Shown in pieces: positions 12,809-25,078 of a DNA stretch of 41,927 bases. The notes beneath the pieces were generated by a model. It saw only the letters and a list, made by a program, of their open reading frames with translations. It was not told the origin of the DNA and did not search any database. The DNA is taken from assembly GCA_964255285.1 (NCBI GenBank), contig CAXUUL010000059.1, positions 1 through 41,927 on the forward strand, read 5' to 3'. This DNA is from Ionaspis alba (lineage: Eukaryota). The position numbers and the translations under genes are program-made. How positions within the stretch are numbered: position 1 is the first letter of the stretch; the number at the start of each line of letters is the position of its first letter.

Positions 12809-14030
12809 ATGCTTCCTCAGTACGCTCACCACCGACATGCTTTTCAAGTGTTTTCAAGACTGACAATTACTGCTCCTCGTCGTCGCGCTGCCCTCAGACC
12901 AATCTCCACTCGACCCGAAGAACAACCACTTCCCAATTCCTCGCGCTGGCTTCCCGACATCAAGGCTAGGCTGGGGAAATGTATTACGTTTGGTTTGAAA
13001 GATGACCAGATTGGGGAGGCCGGAAGAATAGCAAGGATACTGGGAGAGGAGTGGAAAGGTCTGGTAGTAGGCCACGAGGGTTTTGTCCTCAGGGACGGTT
13101 TGGAAGCCGCTGTGAGGTGGGGAGAGATGGTGAGCCGGCACAGGCCAATGAACGGCACAATTGAAGGCGGTCTGAAATAATTATTGAAGTTGGATTGAGT
13201 CTCAAAGACGAGTAAAGAATGAAGTATGGCTGCTAACTTACTGGCCGTGAATAATAGGATATCATGGTTGGTCCCGATCTGCTACGGATCTGTTACGGAA
13301 CCGCCATATGATATTGACAGATCTAACGTATATCAGGGTACTTTCTCCTTTCCGCTTCTCAAGTGATTCGGTGTCACTGTCCACGTTGACCAACCTTTGT
13401 CTCGGTAGGCCATGTTAACAACGTCTCGTACCTCCGCTACGCCGAGTCCTCGCGAATTCACTATCTTCGGGCTTTGTCACGGCATGTCCCTCGAGAACAC
13501 AGGAAGGACTGGGAAGATATAAGAACACCTCAAGGCCTGGGACTTATTCTCAAAACCGCGAATCTAGATTTCAAATTCGTACGTTAATGATCTATGTCCT
13601 GCAACCAAGCCGGCTACCCTGCAGCCTACTCTGGAAGCATTGATCAACTCAATCCAAGTGTTATGTTTACCAAGAGTAGCCACTCAAATATCCCGATACA
13701 ACGACAACCTATCACCGCCTCGATCTGTCATCCGACTCATCCTCTACACCAGAGCTACTCCCCCTCCTCTCAGTCACACTCTCTCATACCTATAACCGTC
13801 CCGCCTTTCGCATCTCAGAACAGATCCTCCTCTATGACTACCGCCTCAACCGCAAAGCAGCTCTGACTCCTGTAATTCTTGACGTGCTGCGCAAAGCGGT
13901 TGCAGAGGAGGACGCAACCCGGACTTTCTGGACTTCTATGAGGAGGGGGGTTGAGGATATGCTTGAAGGACTGGAGATCAGCAGCTGGAAGAGGGAAGGG
14001 GCGGTGGAAGATATGGGTAATAAGAGGTAA
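12809..14030 (+). CDS. Mitochondrial hot-dog-fold (4HBT-like) acyl-CoA thioesterase family protein, ~283 aa
   Basis: Exons 12809-13129, 13258-13266, 13337, 13409-13578, 13680-14030 (852 nt in frame). Arg-rich presequence-like N-terminus, KARLGKCITFG, WGEMDIMGHVNNVSYLRYAESSR, FKFPLKYPD and C-terminal WKREGAVEDMG. Confidence 0.85.
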
Positions 14031-14272
14031 TGTCGAATATAGTGCGTGGGCTGAAATGAGACTTTTGACCGGCTACAAATTCTAGGAGTGAGAAATCATA
14101 CCACTCCAGCTTGGCATATGTGAACACGAATGTCTCGAGTAGCTGAGGAGCTCATTCAAAGACTTGCAAAGACTGTGTATACTTTCTGCTTTTGGAATAG
14201 AAGGATTCCATGCAAACTTCCAGTCACTCATGCCCAGTTCCACACCACCACCTCTCCATGTCATGCACGCCA

Positions 14273-17178
14273 TCAACCAACCAACGGACTCCCGCCGCCT
14301 CCTTTCCTCAGCCCAGGACTTCCGCCGCCGCTACTGCTACTTCCTTCCCTTACATTTCCAACCATGCTCCGCACCGGCATACCTGACACGTTTGTCGTAC
14401 CGTCCTGGTCCCGACATTCGGCGTAAATGCTATGCCCGCTGAGTATACTCGCCGACCGCGCCCTGCCGCTATCGTGTCTCAAACTAGCCACATGACCATT
14501 CGTTGCACCTTGAACTAGGCTCTCTGGGCTCCCATACGGCGGGAATCGAAAGGTAGCCGTGTTAGTCGACGTCGGTATGGTACCAGGGAGGTCTCCTTCG
14601 GGTGTAATCGGTCGCGAGTTTGTGATTGGTGAGTGACTTGCCATGAGGCTTTGCTGTTCGAAGCTCGCTTCGAGCGCTTGGTTCTGGCTCCAGGCATTAG
14701 AAGATCGAGCGCGAAACTCGGAGAAGCTCCGGCCTAGGCTGGCGATTTGCTCTTCGTAGTGGGCAGCGATCTGAGTCCTTTCGGCAATTTTGGCAGTGTG
14801 CAGTGAGTTCTGACGTTCTTTCTCCGTCGTGTCATGATCGGTCGAGGATTGGAGGCGGCTGTACTGATCAGAAAGCTTGGTAATCCTGTGCTGCAATCTT
14901 TCTCGTTTCTGCGACATTGTCAGAGCTTCGGTCTGTAAGTTGGTATCGTCGCGGTGGTTCGCCTCTTTGGTTCGGAAGAGGGCCTGGCGAGAGGAGGACT
15001 GGTCGTTACGATCATAATCAAAGTCAGATTTTGCTTGACGCCACTCCACAGAATCATCCTCCGGGAGTTTATCGTATGCTTCGAGTTCGGAGGAGATATT
15101 CGTCATAGCATCGTCCGCTTGGCGTATGTGTTGCGTCTGTTGTGTTTGTCTGGATTGGAGGCCGCGATCGTTCGAACCCAATTTAGCCATCCGATCATTT
15201 ATGAGATCAAGATCCTTCCTAATGGTCGCCAGAGAGGCCTTCGCATCCTTACGGATCCGTCGCTGCAGGGCGGAACCATCATTTATGCTAGCTTCAAGAG
15301 CAGAGATGGAAGTCTTCAATGTCGTGCTTGGTGATGTTGGTGACGAGGGACGAATTGTTTGTGGTGGGGTAGCGAGGGCTTGAGAGGCTAGTATGATTCG
15401 TCAATAGAATTATATGGGGAGAACTAGTTGTCTGACATACCTTGATCATTGCTTGGTGAGGATGAGGTGACTATATTCTCTGAATATATCACCACGTCGT
15501 CCTCACAGCGCACGAAAGCAACCTGGTAAGTGGATGCAGGGGAGAGACCATAGACTTCGCCACTCCAGCGCTGACCGACCTGGTCATCCTCATTCTCCTC
15601 TCGAACAGCTTGGATCTTGACAGAAGCCCACTCGGCTCCGTTGACGCGGACATAAATGGGACTTGAACGATCGATGCCAGTATCATCAATCCAATCCGAC
15701 CCATTAGTATCTACATGCTCAGACGTAGTTCTAGTCAAGAAGTAGCTGGTATCGAAGAAAAAGTCATATTGCCGTACGAGTGTGACCCAAGCTCGACCTT
15801 CTTCTAGAACAAATGGGGCACTTCCAAGATTCTCAGCGTCGGTCGCGTTTGAACCTAGAGCATCGGTGGTAGCTTGTGATTGTTCATATTCCCGCATGAC
15901 TGTGGCCTTGGTGGCTGCGAATGCTGCCCATAAAGGCTGCTGACTTCTCACAAGATTACCCTGTTTTCTTTTCCTTTTGCCACTGGAAATCTTGTCTCGC
16001 CCGTCCCGGAGGCTCTGCAGAGAAGATTTACTTCTCAACTCGATGGGTGTGTTGAGGGGAAGAACGGGTTCTGCTAATCCCGACAACTCACCACCTGTCT
16101 GAGAGGCAACAACGGCCTCGGGGTCCAATACTTTACCAGATGGAACAGGCTTCCCGCTCTCATTATAGCTTTTGACCCAGCGCCTAATCAATCGTGCCAC
16201 TCCTTGAGCGACAATGTGAAGAGCTATGACTGATCCAACGTTCCTAATCATAGGCTGTCCCGGTGTGATCGAGTCGGCGGGAAAAACTGGAACATCAGCT
16301 GGAGACATCATTAATGGCACCCACTGCGCAATCCAAGTGCGATGGAAGAGACGAAAAATGAAACGACGATGGTGGCGTAGATGCGCTACAGAGACGATGC
16401 CCATAAAGACCAGAGTGTTATCCGAGCCTCCGGGTTGATTGGAATAACCACCGCCAAGCGTGGACGCAACCATAGCTTGGGCCCAATCAAGTATCATCCC
16501 TTGTGTCCATGTTGGTAGTAGCCAGGTAAACATACCCAGAAGGTCAATAATACACATTGTGGTGAACGAGACAGCGAGAGTATTGTTTTGGAAGATGTCG
16601 GTGAGGGTAGGGATGCTTAGGAACGTTCCGGAGGGAGGAATGAAGGTCAGGAGGGCGAAGATGGCATTCGTGAGAGTGAGGAAAGTCGGAGGTAGGGATA
16701 GGAGGAAGATGAGGATGGCGAGGGTGTCGCTGCGAGGACATGACTTGAGTACGGTGAAGGCTAAGTGCATGCCACTGTGCTCATACGCAGATGCTGGTTT
16801 GACGGAGCTGACATCGATCTTCCTATGGTGCTGATCATTCAACTTGTCGGTCGTACTGGAAGCATTCTCCAGTTCCTCCCAATGATTGCTTATGACCTCG
16901 GTCAAATCCTTGTCTCCGTCCGCAAACCGTAGTCCACCATTGGCATGAACCTTGACACTCGAAGAGGTTCCATTGCTCGCGACTTCTGAACCAGGAGCTG
17001 TGGCCTGCAAATTTGAAGGAGCTGGTAGTGGTGGAGTGTTGGCCCTCGACCTCCCGTCGGAAGCCCCATTCAGATGACCATTCGACTTTTGCTTGGTGAT
17101 ACGCTTGCCGGGGGCGACGATACCATTCTCGTGGCGACTATTGTGCTGGTTTGCGTTCCTCTTCGCCGCTCGTGGCAT
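14273..17178 (-). CDS. acrB: Ubiquitination network signaling protein AcrB homolog, ~950 aa
   Basis: Exons 17178-15441 and 15387-14273; intron GTATGT...TAG; 2853 nt in frame. N-terminus RHENGIVAPGKRITKQKSNGHLNG, TM region DTLAILIFLLSLPP, QQPLWAAFAATKATV and a C-terminal coiled coil match A. nidulans AcrB-family features. Confidence 0.85.
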
Positions 17179-18382
17179 GAAGCCGTAGGTACTCTTCCCC
17201 GGTTGACCGCCAGCCTGAAACTGATGCCAATACTTGGATGATGAAGTCAGGCAAAGATACTCGACATGTAGTTGAGTGCTGATGATTTGAGGCCACGCGA
17301 GCCGAAGTCTTACGCGTGGGAGACACAATACATTGGGAGAAAGTGAGAGCGTGATAATGAGGAAACGGGGATTTATGGCTTATGCAGACGGACGTTTGGT
17401 GGAGCATGTTTCACTGCGGCTAAAGGCTTGGCATCCGGCTCCTCTGCCGTAACCGTTTGCTTGTCTCCCTCCTTTGCGCTTATTGGCAAACCTCAAAGAG
17501 AATCACTTTTCCCACTACCAAAACTGCCGCCATATATACTCGAGGAATATATTAGAGTGATACCGAGTGCCTTGAATCTACGGGCCTCTAACTCTGCCAT
17601 CTCTGACTCATCGGTGCAGCTCAATCACGTGCAAAATTGCTACCTCTCTGGTTGACAATCATAAGCTTGCATTTAGGTCCGACTTCCTGATCATCTGGCT
17701 GGAGCATGCCAATTCGAAGGAAATCATTTCCGAAGCAGGCGGAAGCTGCTTCGTCGTTACTTCCCCTTGCCAAAAGTTCTAGTGTCTGCAGGATTCTGCA
17801 CACCCCGCAGCGAATTGACCTGTCAGCTTCGCCAGTCACCTCACTCGAGAAAGTTTAGAATATTCACCAAGGCATTGAAAAAGACTCTGCTGAGGGTCAC
17901 TCGTATTTGGCTCGTCCAGGATAGCTCTTCCAAGTGATTTGATGGACGCGATCGGCACCTTTTCAGTTGATCAATCAAATACATTCTCCAAATACGGAAT
18001 GATACCACATATGATATATCTCCGAGTCTTTGCGTGCCACTACCATTTCCACTCCCTCAAAGAATGTGTAATGTTTTTACGAGATTTTAAAGGAGGTGCT
18101 GGCATCCGCTGGTAGCGATCTCAGGGCCTTTGAGAAGAGCTTATTGCGGCAAGGAGCGATGTACACTTTTCCCATTAACAAAACCTTGCTTCTAAACCGT
18201 TGTCCATAATTTTATCTGTATAGCTAATGCCGCAGAGCATCATACGGTCGTACGACCCACGGCTCCTCGAGCAACAAATTGAAGTGGACCATATATTACT
18301 CTCCACGAGCTTTGCCCTCTGCCTCTAGCAAATAAGATGTTCATCAGCCTATCCCACCATCTATCGCCGTCATAACACCTTT

Positions 18383-19533
18383 TTATCTCTTTCGAAAGAC
18401 CATCACCGCATAACGAAACGTCCCATTGGCATACCCTCTCCTCATAGCCCTAAAGCTCTGCAAGAACGCGATGAAGTCCCGGCCCTGAGTAAGGGCCATG
18501 GCCCAAAGGGAAGGCGACTGAACAAGCGACCACGAGAGATCCCTAATTTATAGATCACACGCATTAGCAAAACCCAACTTCTAAAAATAAAGGCCAGCAA
18601 ACCAACCAAGTCTTCGCCACCTGTTTACTAATATCCAACGTCTCCGCAAAAACCTCCAACCCCGCCCGTTCCGCAAACCCCACATACTCGGAGAACGTGC
18701 ACAGCGGCGGGAGCAACATGCCATCTTCGATGGGTTTGATATCCGCCTCCACCTGCGCCTGCCCCAACCCCTCGGCTCGAAACCAATCCGTAACCGCCAA
18801 CTTGCCCCCCTTATTCAGCACCTTGGCTGCATTCTCGAAAAAAAGCTTCTTATCCGGTAAATGGCTCATAGCCTCCGATATCCACACGCCATCGAACATC
18901 TCCTCATTCGGCGGCATCGTAAAAAACTCCCCCATCTTCTCGGCATCGAGTTCTATGTATCGCGCCTTTCCGTTGCCGACATCGTAAAAAGGTTCCGCAC
19001 CTGTTTTTTCGGTGCTGCTGTCGCTGGCCTTGAAATGAGGCTCCGGTGACGCCGACGCTATCTTCGCGGTTAGGTCCTTGGCCATCTCGACTTGTCGCCC
19101 GCTGATCGTGATGCCGGTTACCGTGCAGCTGTGTTTCTGTGCTAGATACCGCGTTGTGCCGCCGATGCCGCAGCCGACGTCGAGAACGGTGCTGGAGGGG
19201 GAGAGCTGGGAGCGGGTTAAGAGGAGGTCCATCAGTTGGATTTGGGCGAGCTCTTTGGTATCGGTGGGGGTAAGGAAGTAGCCGTGGTGGATATGCTCGC
19301 CCCTTCGCGTTTGGAAATTAGCTGTTTCTGGGACGGAGGGGGTGAGTTGGGAGGAGGTACCATAGAGAGTAATAGTATTCGGAACAGAGCTCATAGTGTT
19401 GTTTTATTCGCTCTTTGAGCGAGGCGAAAGAGATAAAGTTTTGCGGGGCGGGCGTTTCGTATTTGCTGCTGATTTCGTCGGTGCTGGGGAGGGACTCTTG
19501 GGCAAGTGGAGGATGGGCTTCGACGGCTGCCAT
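18383..19533 (-). CDS. Class I SAM-dependent methyltransferase (gamma-tocopherol/sterol MT-like), ~342 aa
   Basis: Exons 19533-19361, 19302-18607, 18542-18383 (1029 nt in frame; intron 1 uses an AAG acceptor). Motifs IKQHYE...YYSLWGEHIHHGY, VLDVGCGIGG and WISEAMSHLPDK. Confidence 0.9.
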
Positions 19534-20710
19534 GGTGAAGGTTGGTGGATATCGAGAAGTGTAGAGGGTTTGTGGGCAGTTGGGATGATGGCAGAGTGGA
19601 GGTTAAATGACGGAAAGAGCTTTCACGACGACACGAGTATGTTGGTTATGAAATCCATGCAGCACAGCGGGCATTATTGAGCATGAGAAGTCGAGGGCAA
19701 AGGCAAGATAGCTTGGTGTTCTTGTTGAACCCTTATGCAACCGTGCCCTGCCATTTGTTCCCCTCCAACTCAACGACATATCTGTGCAAGCTGTGATTGG
19801 GGCATTTTCCACAGCTGGCTGCATGAGCTCTGCCTCAGCGGGCCGTGATTAGTTTAGGGTCCTGCACGTAATTCGCTTAGCCGCTCCCTCCAGCAGCACA
19901 TTCATTTACGTCGAAGACTTCACTACCCACCGACATCTTCTCCGTGAGTTACGCTGAGCGCAGGAAGCTGGATACAAATGTTAAGTTGATCGATTACCTT
20001 AGGTAGCTAAGGCATTATTGGATTGCGCCTTCTGAGCTTGTTCCTCTGATGCTCATAAAATCGGCTCTTTGAACCCGATAGCTCTTGGGCAGAAGGACCA
20101 ATCGATTTACAGATGATGCGCATACTTCTGCAATGCAACCATCTTAGTTTACTATCAATAGGCTGATTAACTCTGAGATACCTTCTTGCAGGAGATGTGG
20201 GCGGCTAATAGCACGATGGTTCTGCGAGGACTCGCGGGGCCATTCCCCGTTTATCGTTGTTGAAATTGATACCTTTGCTCTGCTCTGTAGGAATATTCTT
20301 CTGTTGTCTGCTGCTTTTGCAGTATGGGACGATTTCTCCAACGCTTCAATGGCTAGGTACTCTTCTGCTATCTCTCGCACCAAACTTTACCAAGGCAGAT
20401 CAGAAACTCTCTTCTGCATATCATACCAGATCTTTCAGCCCTCAAGCCCACAGTGGTGACTCTGTACTGCAACCATCTCGCATTTTTTCCCTGTTGAAAC
20501 TGCCTTAAGCACCTGCTATGCAAAACCCCCCTTTTCGCAGGCACATATTCTTCCCAACGAGGCAAGAGCTTCGAGATAGCTATGCATACCTCAAGCTTTC
20601 ACATATGGCACATGAGCGTTTGCAGTGGGTATCGTTCCATCGCCACACCCTTCCATATTTATCAAATATGGCAGTGTATCTTGAGCTCTGCAATTCTGGC
20701 GTTTCGGGCA

Positions 20711-20925
20711 AGGTTGTCGTCCAGTTGATTTCCAGCGCATCTGGACATGGCAGGTCGAGCTCGTATCAAGTGCTTGACTGTGCCACGTGGTTGTGGGTGA
20801 CATAGACCGGTTCATGGAGAGGTTATTGTGCAGTTGATTTCCGGCGCAGCCGGACATGGCAGACCAGCTCATAGCAGTGTTTGACTGTGCCATATGGTTG
20901 TGGGTGAGGCAGACTGGTTTGTGGA
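20711..20925. repeat. Degenerate tandem direct repeat, 2 copies, period 107-109 bp
   Basis: Copy A starts AGGTTGTCGTCCAGTTGATTTCCAGCGC at 20711; copy B starts AGGTTATTGTGCAGTTGATTTCCGGCGC at 20820. Shared blocks GGACATGGCAG, TTGACTGTGCCA and TGGTTGTGGGTGA. Confidence 0.9.
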
Positions 20926-21064
20926 TATAGTAACGGTCTTGTCGTTGGTTTTGTGACGTCGATTCTTGTTGTGTCATATTGGTCTTTCGAACTATGTTTT
21001 GAGACTCCAGTTACTGAGACAATTACTGGATTGATTCTATTGACAACAGTATCTCGAGTGCAAG

Positions 21065-22241
21065 ATGTCTATGGATGTCAACTACGTTCGGCGGATAGAC
21101 CACACGACATATCTGGTATGTTAATACAAGCTTCACTTCGCGCTCCTCCTGACATATCACTCTCCAGGCCATAGTTTCGACCTTTTACGGCACCGCTATT
21201 ATTGCAGCCATCAGCCGCACAGTCATCCGAGTCCACAGGTTCCGACGCCTTTTTGTCGATGACTATTTTCTTTTCTTAGCCGTTGGAGCTTTGACTGGAG
21301 CTGTGGGACTCTTCTTCCCAGCGGTTCCTGACCTGTATCTCCTTCAGGATATTTTGACAGGAAAAGCTCTCGTCCCACTTAATTTTGCCCAAATTGCCGT
21401 GGATGCATCCACGTGGGCATTTACTGGACTAATCATGGGATGGACCGCCATATTTGCTGTCAAGTTCTCGTTTCTCTTCTATTTCCGCACGTTGGTGAAA
21501 CGGATGCCCAAATTGCAGATTTGGTGGTGGTGTGTGTTTTGTTTTTGTGTGCCGGTTGCATTTACGAATATCTTTGGGAACTTTATGGTCTGTCCTCATG
21601 TGGGACCGGCTCTCGGTATGCTGTTTCCCTCAATACATAACGGACAGACTTGAGCTGATAGTCCCAAGCAATATGCACGACACAATTAAGCTTTGTGGAG
21701 CATGAGCGTGGCATCTTATACTACTCTGTTGCTTCCGACATAGTGACGGATCTTCTTAGTGAGTTTCTGTATACAATATTTATGAAGGTGGTAGTGCTTG
21801 GCTCATATCCTACTAGTAATCTCTATCCCTGTCCGCATCCTCTGGAAAGCCCAATTCTCCCTCCGCCAAAAAATCTCCATTGGAGTCGTTCTATGTCTCT
21901 CTGTTGTCATGATCGTCATCGAAACCGTGCGCGCTATATCCGCTCACATTTACGGATCCGACGACCAAGTCTGGGATTCATTATGGTTTGAGATGGAAGC
22001 TTGTATCAGCGTCATTACAGTCTGCATGACGGCTTTCCGGACATTATTTGTGATGCCTAAACGGTCGCAAAAGATGAAAAGTCCCTCAATGCGAACTCCG
22101 CTGTGGAGGGGGAAAAAAAATAGTGAGAAGAAATCCTTGGGGTCGTTGCCAGATGTAGAGGTTGGGGCGACGATGACTGGGATGAGGACGATGATTAGGG
22201 AGAATAATGTCACAGTTACTGGGAATTTCGGGAAATATTGA
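21065..22241 (+). CDS. PTH11-like integral membrane protein (fungal rhodopsin-like domain, no CFEM), ~337 aa
   Basis: Exons 21065-21115, 21168-21615, 21669-21758, 21817-22241 (1014 nt in frame). Motifs RxxxR...RRLFVDDYFL, AIFAVKFSFLFYFR, DIVTDLLIISIPVRILW and EACISVITVC. Confidence 0.88.
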
Positions 22242-22464
22242 ATGTAATAATCTGCAGCGACTTCGATAGTTGATGAATAGGCTTGTGTGTGCTGATTATG
22301 GTGATTTCCACGAGAAATCCCTCGTTGAATTGTGGTGGAAACAGCAAAGACTTCAATGTCTTGTCTAAGCATATTGAACTAAATATATGGACTTTAGCAC
22401 GATTGCCCTTCAACCACGTCCGGGACACATCAGTCTGGTTTGCAACAGTAGTGTCATCCATGAT

Positions 22465-22590
22465 CTATCTGTCTGCGTAGCTAGAGTACCATTTGAAGAG
22501 TTTGTTCCACCGCCATACAAGGTAGATGCCAGCTCCCATAAGAAGAGCGGCTCCGATGCTGATTATGAGGATAACGATGGTTGGATCCAT
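22465..22590 (-). CDS. Candidate 41-aa single-pass membrane microprotein
   Basis: ATG22590 to TAG reads MDPTIVILIISIGAALLMGAGIYLVWRWNKLFKWYSSYADR: about 21 hydrophobic residues followed by aromatic/basic WRWNKLFKW. Confidence 0.35.
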   Translation of the reverse strand: MDPTIVILIISIGAALLMGAGIYLVWRWNKLFKWYSSYADR

Positions 22591-24170
22591 ATTCTGTCTT
22601 TGATATCGACCAACGAAACAGCTCCGATGAATGTTATGACACCCGTGACGTAAGACCTCTAGATATCCGACGCGATACTGTGTATGAAGGAAGAGTACGA
22701 AAGGACTAGACTCGGTGTGTCGTCACCCACAGGTCTGGTTTGCCGAAATTGCGTAGGATCTAGTAAAGAGCTCAGAGAGAATGGTCGAATTCGTAGCATG
22801 GAGCAGGAGATGCGCTTGAAGAGGAACGAGTGGTTTCCAACGGGTGCTTCTGTCGGCGTGCTGATTTGCTAGGCAAGAAGACTATGCTGTTGAGACAGTC
22901 TTGCCAAAACGGGTACGATGAGGCAGGGGAAGACTTGGTGGAGTCTGGGCATTGATGTTTCCACTTTGGCTCTATATTGTAAAATTGGACTTTTTGGGTA
23001 GGAGACTGGCAACGAGTAGACAAGAGCGAGCCTTTATGAAGCCCGAGAATTCGTGCAAGAAAGTATTGAACATTGTGAATTGTGAGGGATGCCGATGAGC
23101 AATGTCGCCACTAGACCTGACACATTCCTTTCCGAGTATTGTGACAGTAGGGATTTGCCTTTCATATACCAACCTAGGACGGAGTCAACGGCAAGATTCA
23201 TCGCATTTTCATTTGCCTATAGCGCAGGAGAATTTGCTAGGTGTCATCAAATTCGATTCCCGGCTTCCTCGTTGCATTGCTGAAGCACCTATCGTTGGGA
23301 TACCGTGTATTGTTGCTAACACGCGTACTGAAACATTTGATATCTTTTCTTCATTGTCGGTCGAGATCGTCAAATGCACGGTCGGAGGTTCCACAGCCCC
23401 AAGATATAGTTGGTACCGTGCTTTATGATTGGAGTGTCCACCAAGATCTATCGAGAAACTGGAGAACACGAATCATTCGGTAGCCTTCCCAATGAAATTA
23501 TCGCAGTTAGAGCATTCAAGGCAGAGAACACAGCAAAGCGAAGGACGTGTGCATGTAGTTTTGAAAATGAAGACCTCGTCACGAATGATACTGTCGGGAA
23601 GACTAGGAAGTTTTCTTCATGGGTGAATAGCTATGAAGCATACACTTGTAACCACTTTCAAAGGATATCGGCGGTACCACAAGACTCTGAATTCCTGAAG
23701 GCTCCTGAGTATGTGCATGGGAATGAAGCTGTTGAACTTTAACTGATGAAGACGGCGTGAAGAGATTCTGCCGTCATTTCACACGTAACACCGAAAGCTA
23801 TTCACCAGGTCAACACGATCCAGGAGGTCTACACTTGCAGTAAATCTCTCGTATGATTTTCTCAACAGTATGGTGGTCAAGCAGATGGCACAATAACTCG
23901 AGGATTTTTGGACAGTCGTATTGATCGTGACTACTAAGGCAAGGTGGTTGGTCGTAGTGAAGTATGTAGTGACACGGCCGATGTTCGGTAGCTGAGAGCA
24001 GGTCGGCAAGGAGAACGACGGTCAAGGAAGTGAAGTAGACGGATGGGGTCTCTCGACCATCTAGAGCCCTCGCGATGCTATTTTGAGCTTAATTGGTGTT
24101 CTTGCCAGGACTTCTGATAGCACGTCCTCGTTGATCAAAGCAGATATGTTCGAGGAGCTGACACGACCTG

Positions 24171-24668
24171 TCATCGTTCGCCACCTTTCCCTTTCCCGCT
24201 CCTAGTCTTTTCCTCCCTCACCCCTTTCGTCGCTCCAACCGTCTCAGCCTCGCGACCATAACCACTTATCAAGTCTAAGAGACTATCATCGCCCTGCTCG
24301 AGGTCATCCTGCCCATCAAACTCTTCGGAGTCTTTATCCTGCTCTGTCGCCGAACGTGCGTCCCATCCTCGTCCAAATCGTTGCCTGAAAGCTCTTAATC
24401 TTCCAGCTTCATCTGCCTCCACGTTCAAAAGTTTCTGACTCGAAGGATTCCATAGTGGCGTATTACGTGTGTCTTTTGTAGCTTTGTAGACCGGCGCTGG
24501 AGATGTAGTACGTTGAGTATAAGTGCTGCCATCCGAGAGAGTGACCAATTGAGTGAAAGTGTAAGGGCGTTTCGGACGACGAAGGAGGGATGCTTGCCGG
24601 CATTGCTGACAGACGTAAGTAAGCCTGGGAAGTATAGACGCAGGTCGAGCAATGTTTAGAAATGCCAT
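24171..24668 (-). CDS. MRPL36: Mitochondrial large-subunit ribosomal protein bL31m (yeast MrpL36-like), 165 aa
   Basis: Presequence-like N-terminus followed by RRPKRPYTFTQLVTLSDGSTYTQRTTSP...KDTRNTPLWNPS and EAGRLRAFRQRFG. Confidence 0.85.
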   Translation of the reverse strand: MAFLNIARPASILPRLTYVCQQCRQASLLRRPKRPYTFTQLVTLSDGSTYTQRTTSPAPVYKATKDTRNTPLWNPSSQKLLNVEADEAGRLRAFRQRFGRGWDARSATEQDKDSEEFDGQDDLEQGDDSLLDLISGYGREAETVGATKGVREEKTRSGKGKGGER

Positions 24669-25078
24669 GGCGTCTTTGATGATCTTATTTGAGCTTGGTC
24701 GAAGGGGTAAATAATAGTTCGGAAGAGCGATGAGTTTGTCTCCTGGTATTGTGGAGGAGATAAACGGGCAAGAACGCGCTGTGAGGTGGATCGGATACAG
24801 TTTAGTCCGCAGGAGATGAGACCTTCCTCGTAGTTAATCAATGAACCTTCTTACACCTCACCGCTGTGCAACCCGTTTCTGAGTATCTTGTACCCCTGTA
24901 ATTCTGCTTCAGCCTTGTGAGAACTCTCAAACATCTAAGCGGGGATAACCCAGGCGAGTACAATTCGACCTGTATCAATCTTTGGCAAGTTTGTACTTGC
25001 ACAACCGCGACTTTGTTTTGCAATGGATATAATCTCTTCACCTGGTTGAAAAGGGAACACTACCTAGAAGTTCCATCA

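Noticed and set aside
17179..17328. ORF-track N-terminal extension of AcrB
   Set aside because: It lies upstream of the recognisable MPR...RHENG family N-terminus, so it is more likely 5' UTR.
18246..18257. Perfect 12-bp palindrome GGTCGTACGACC
   Set aside because: Several such palindromes are expected by chance in 42 kb.
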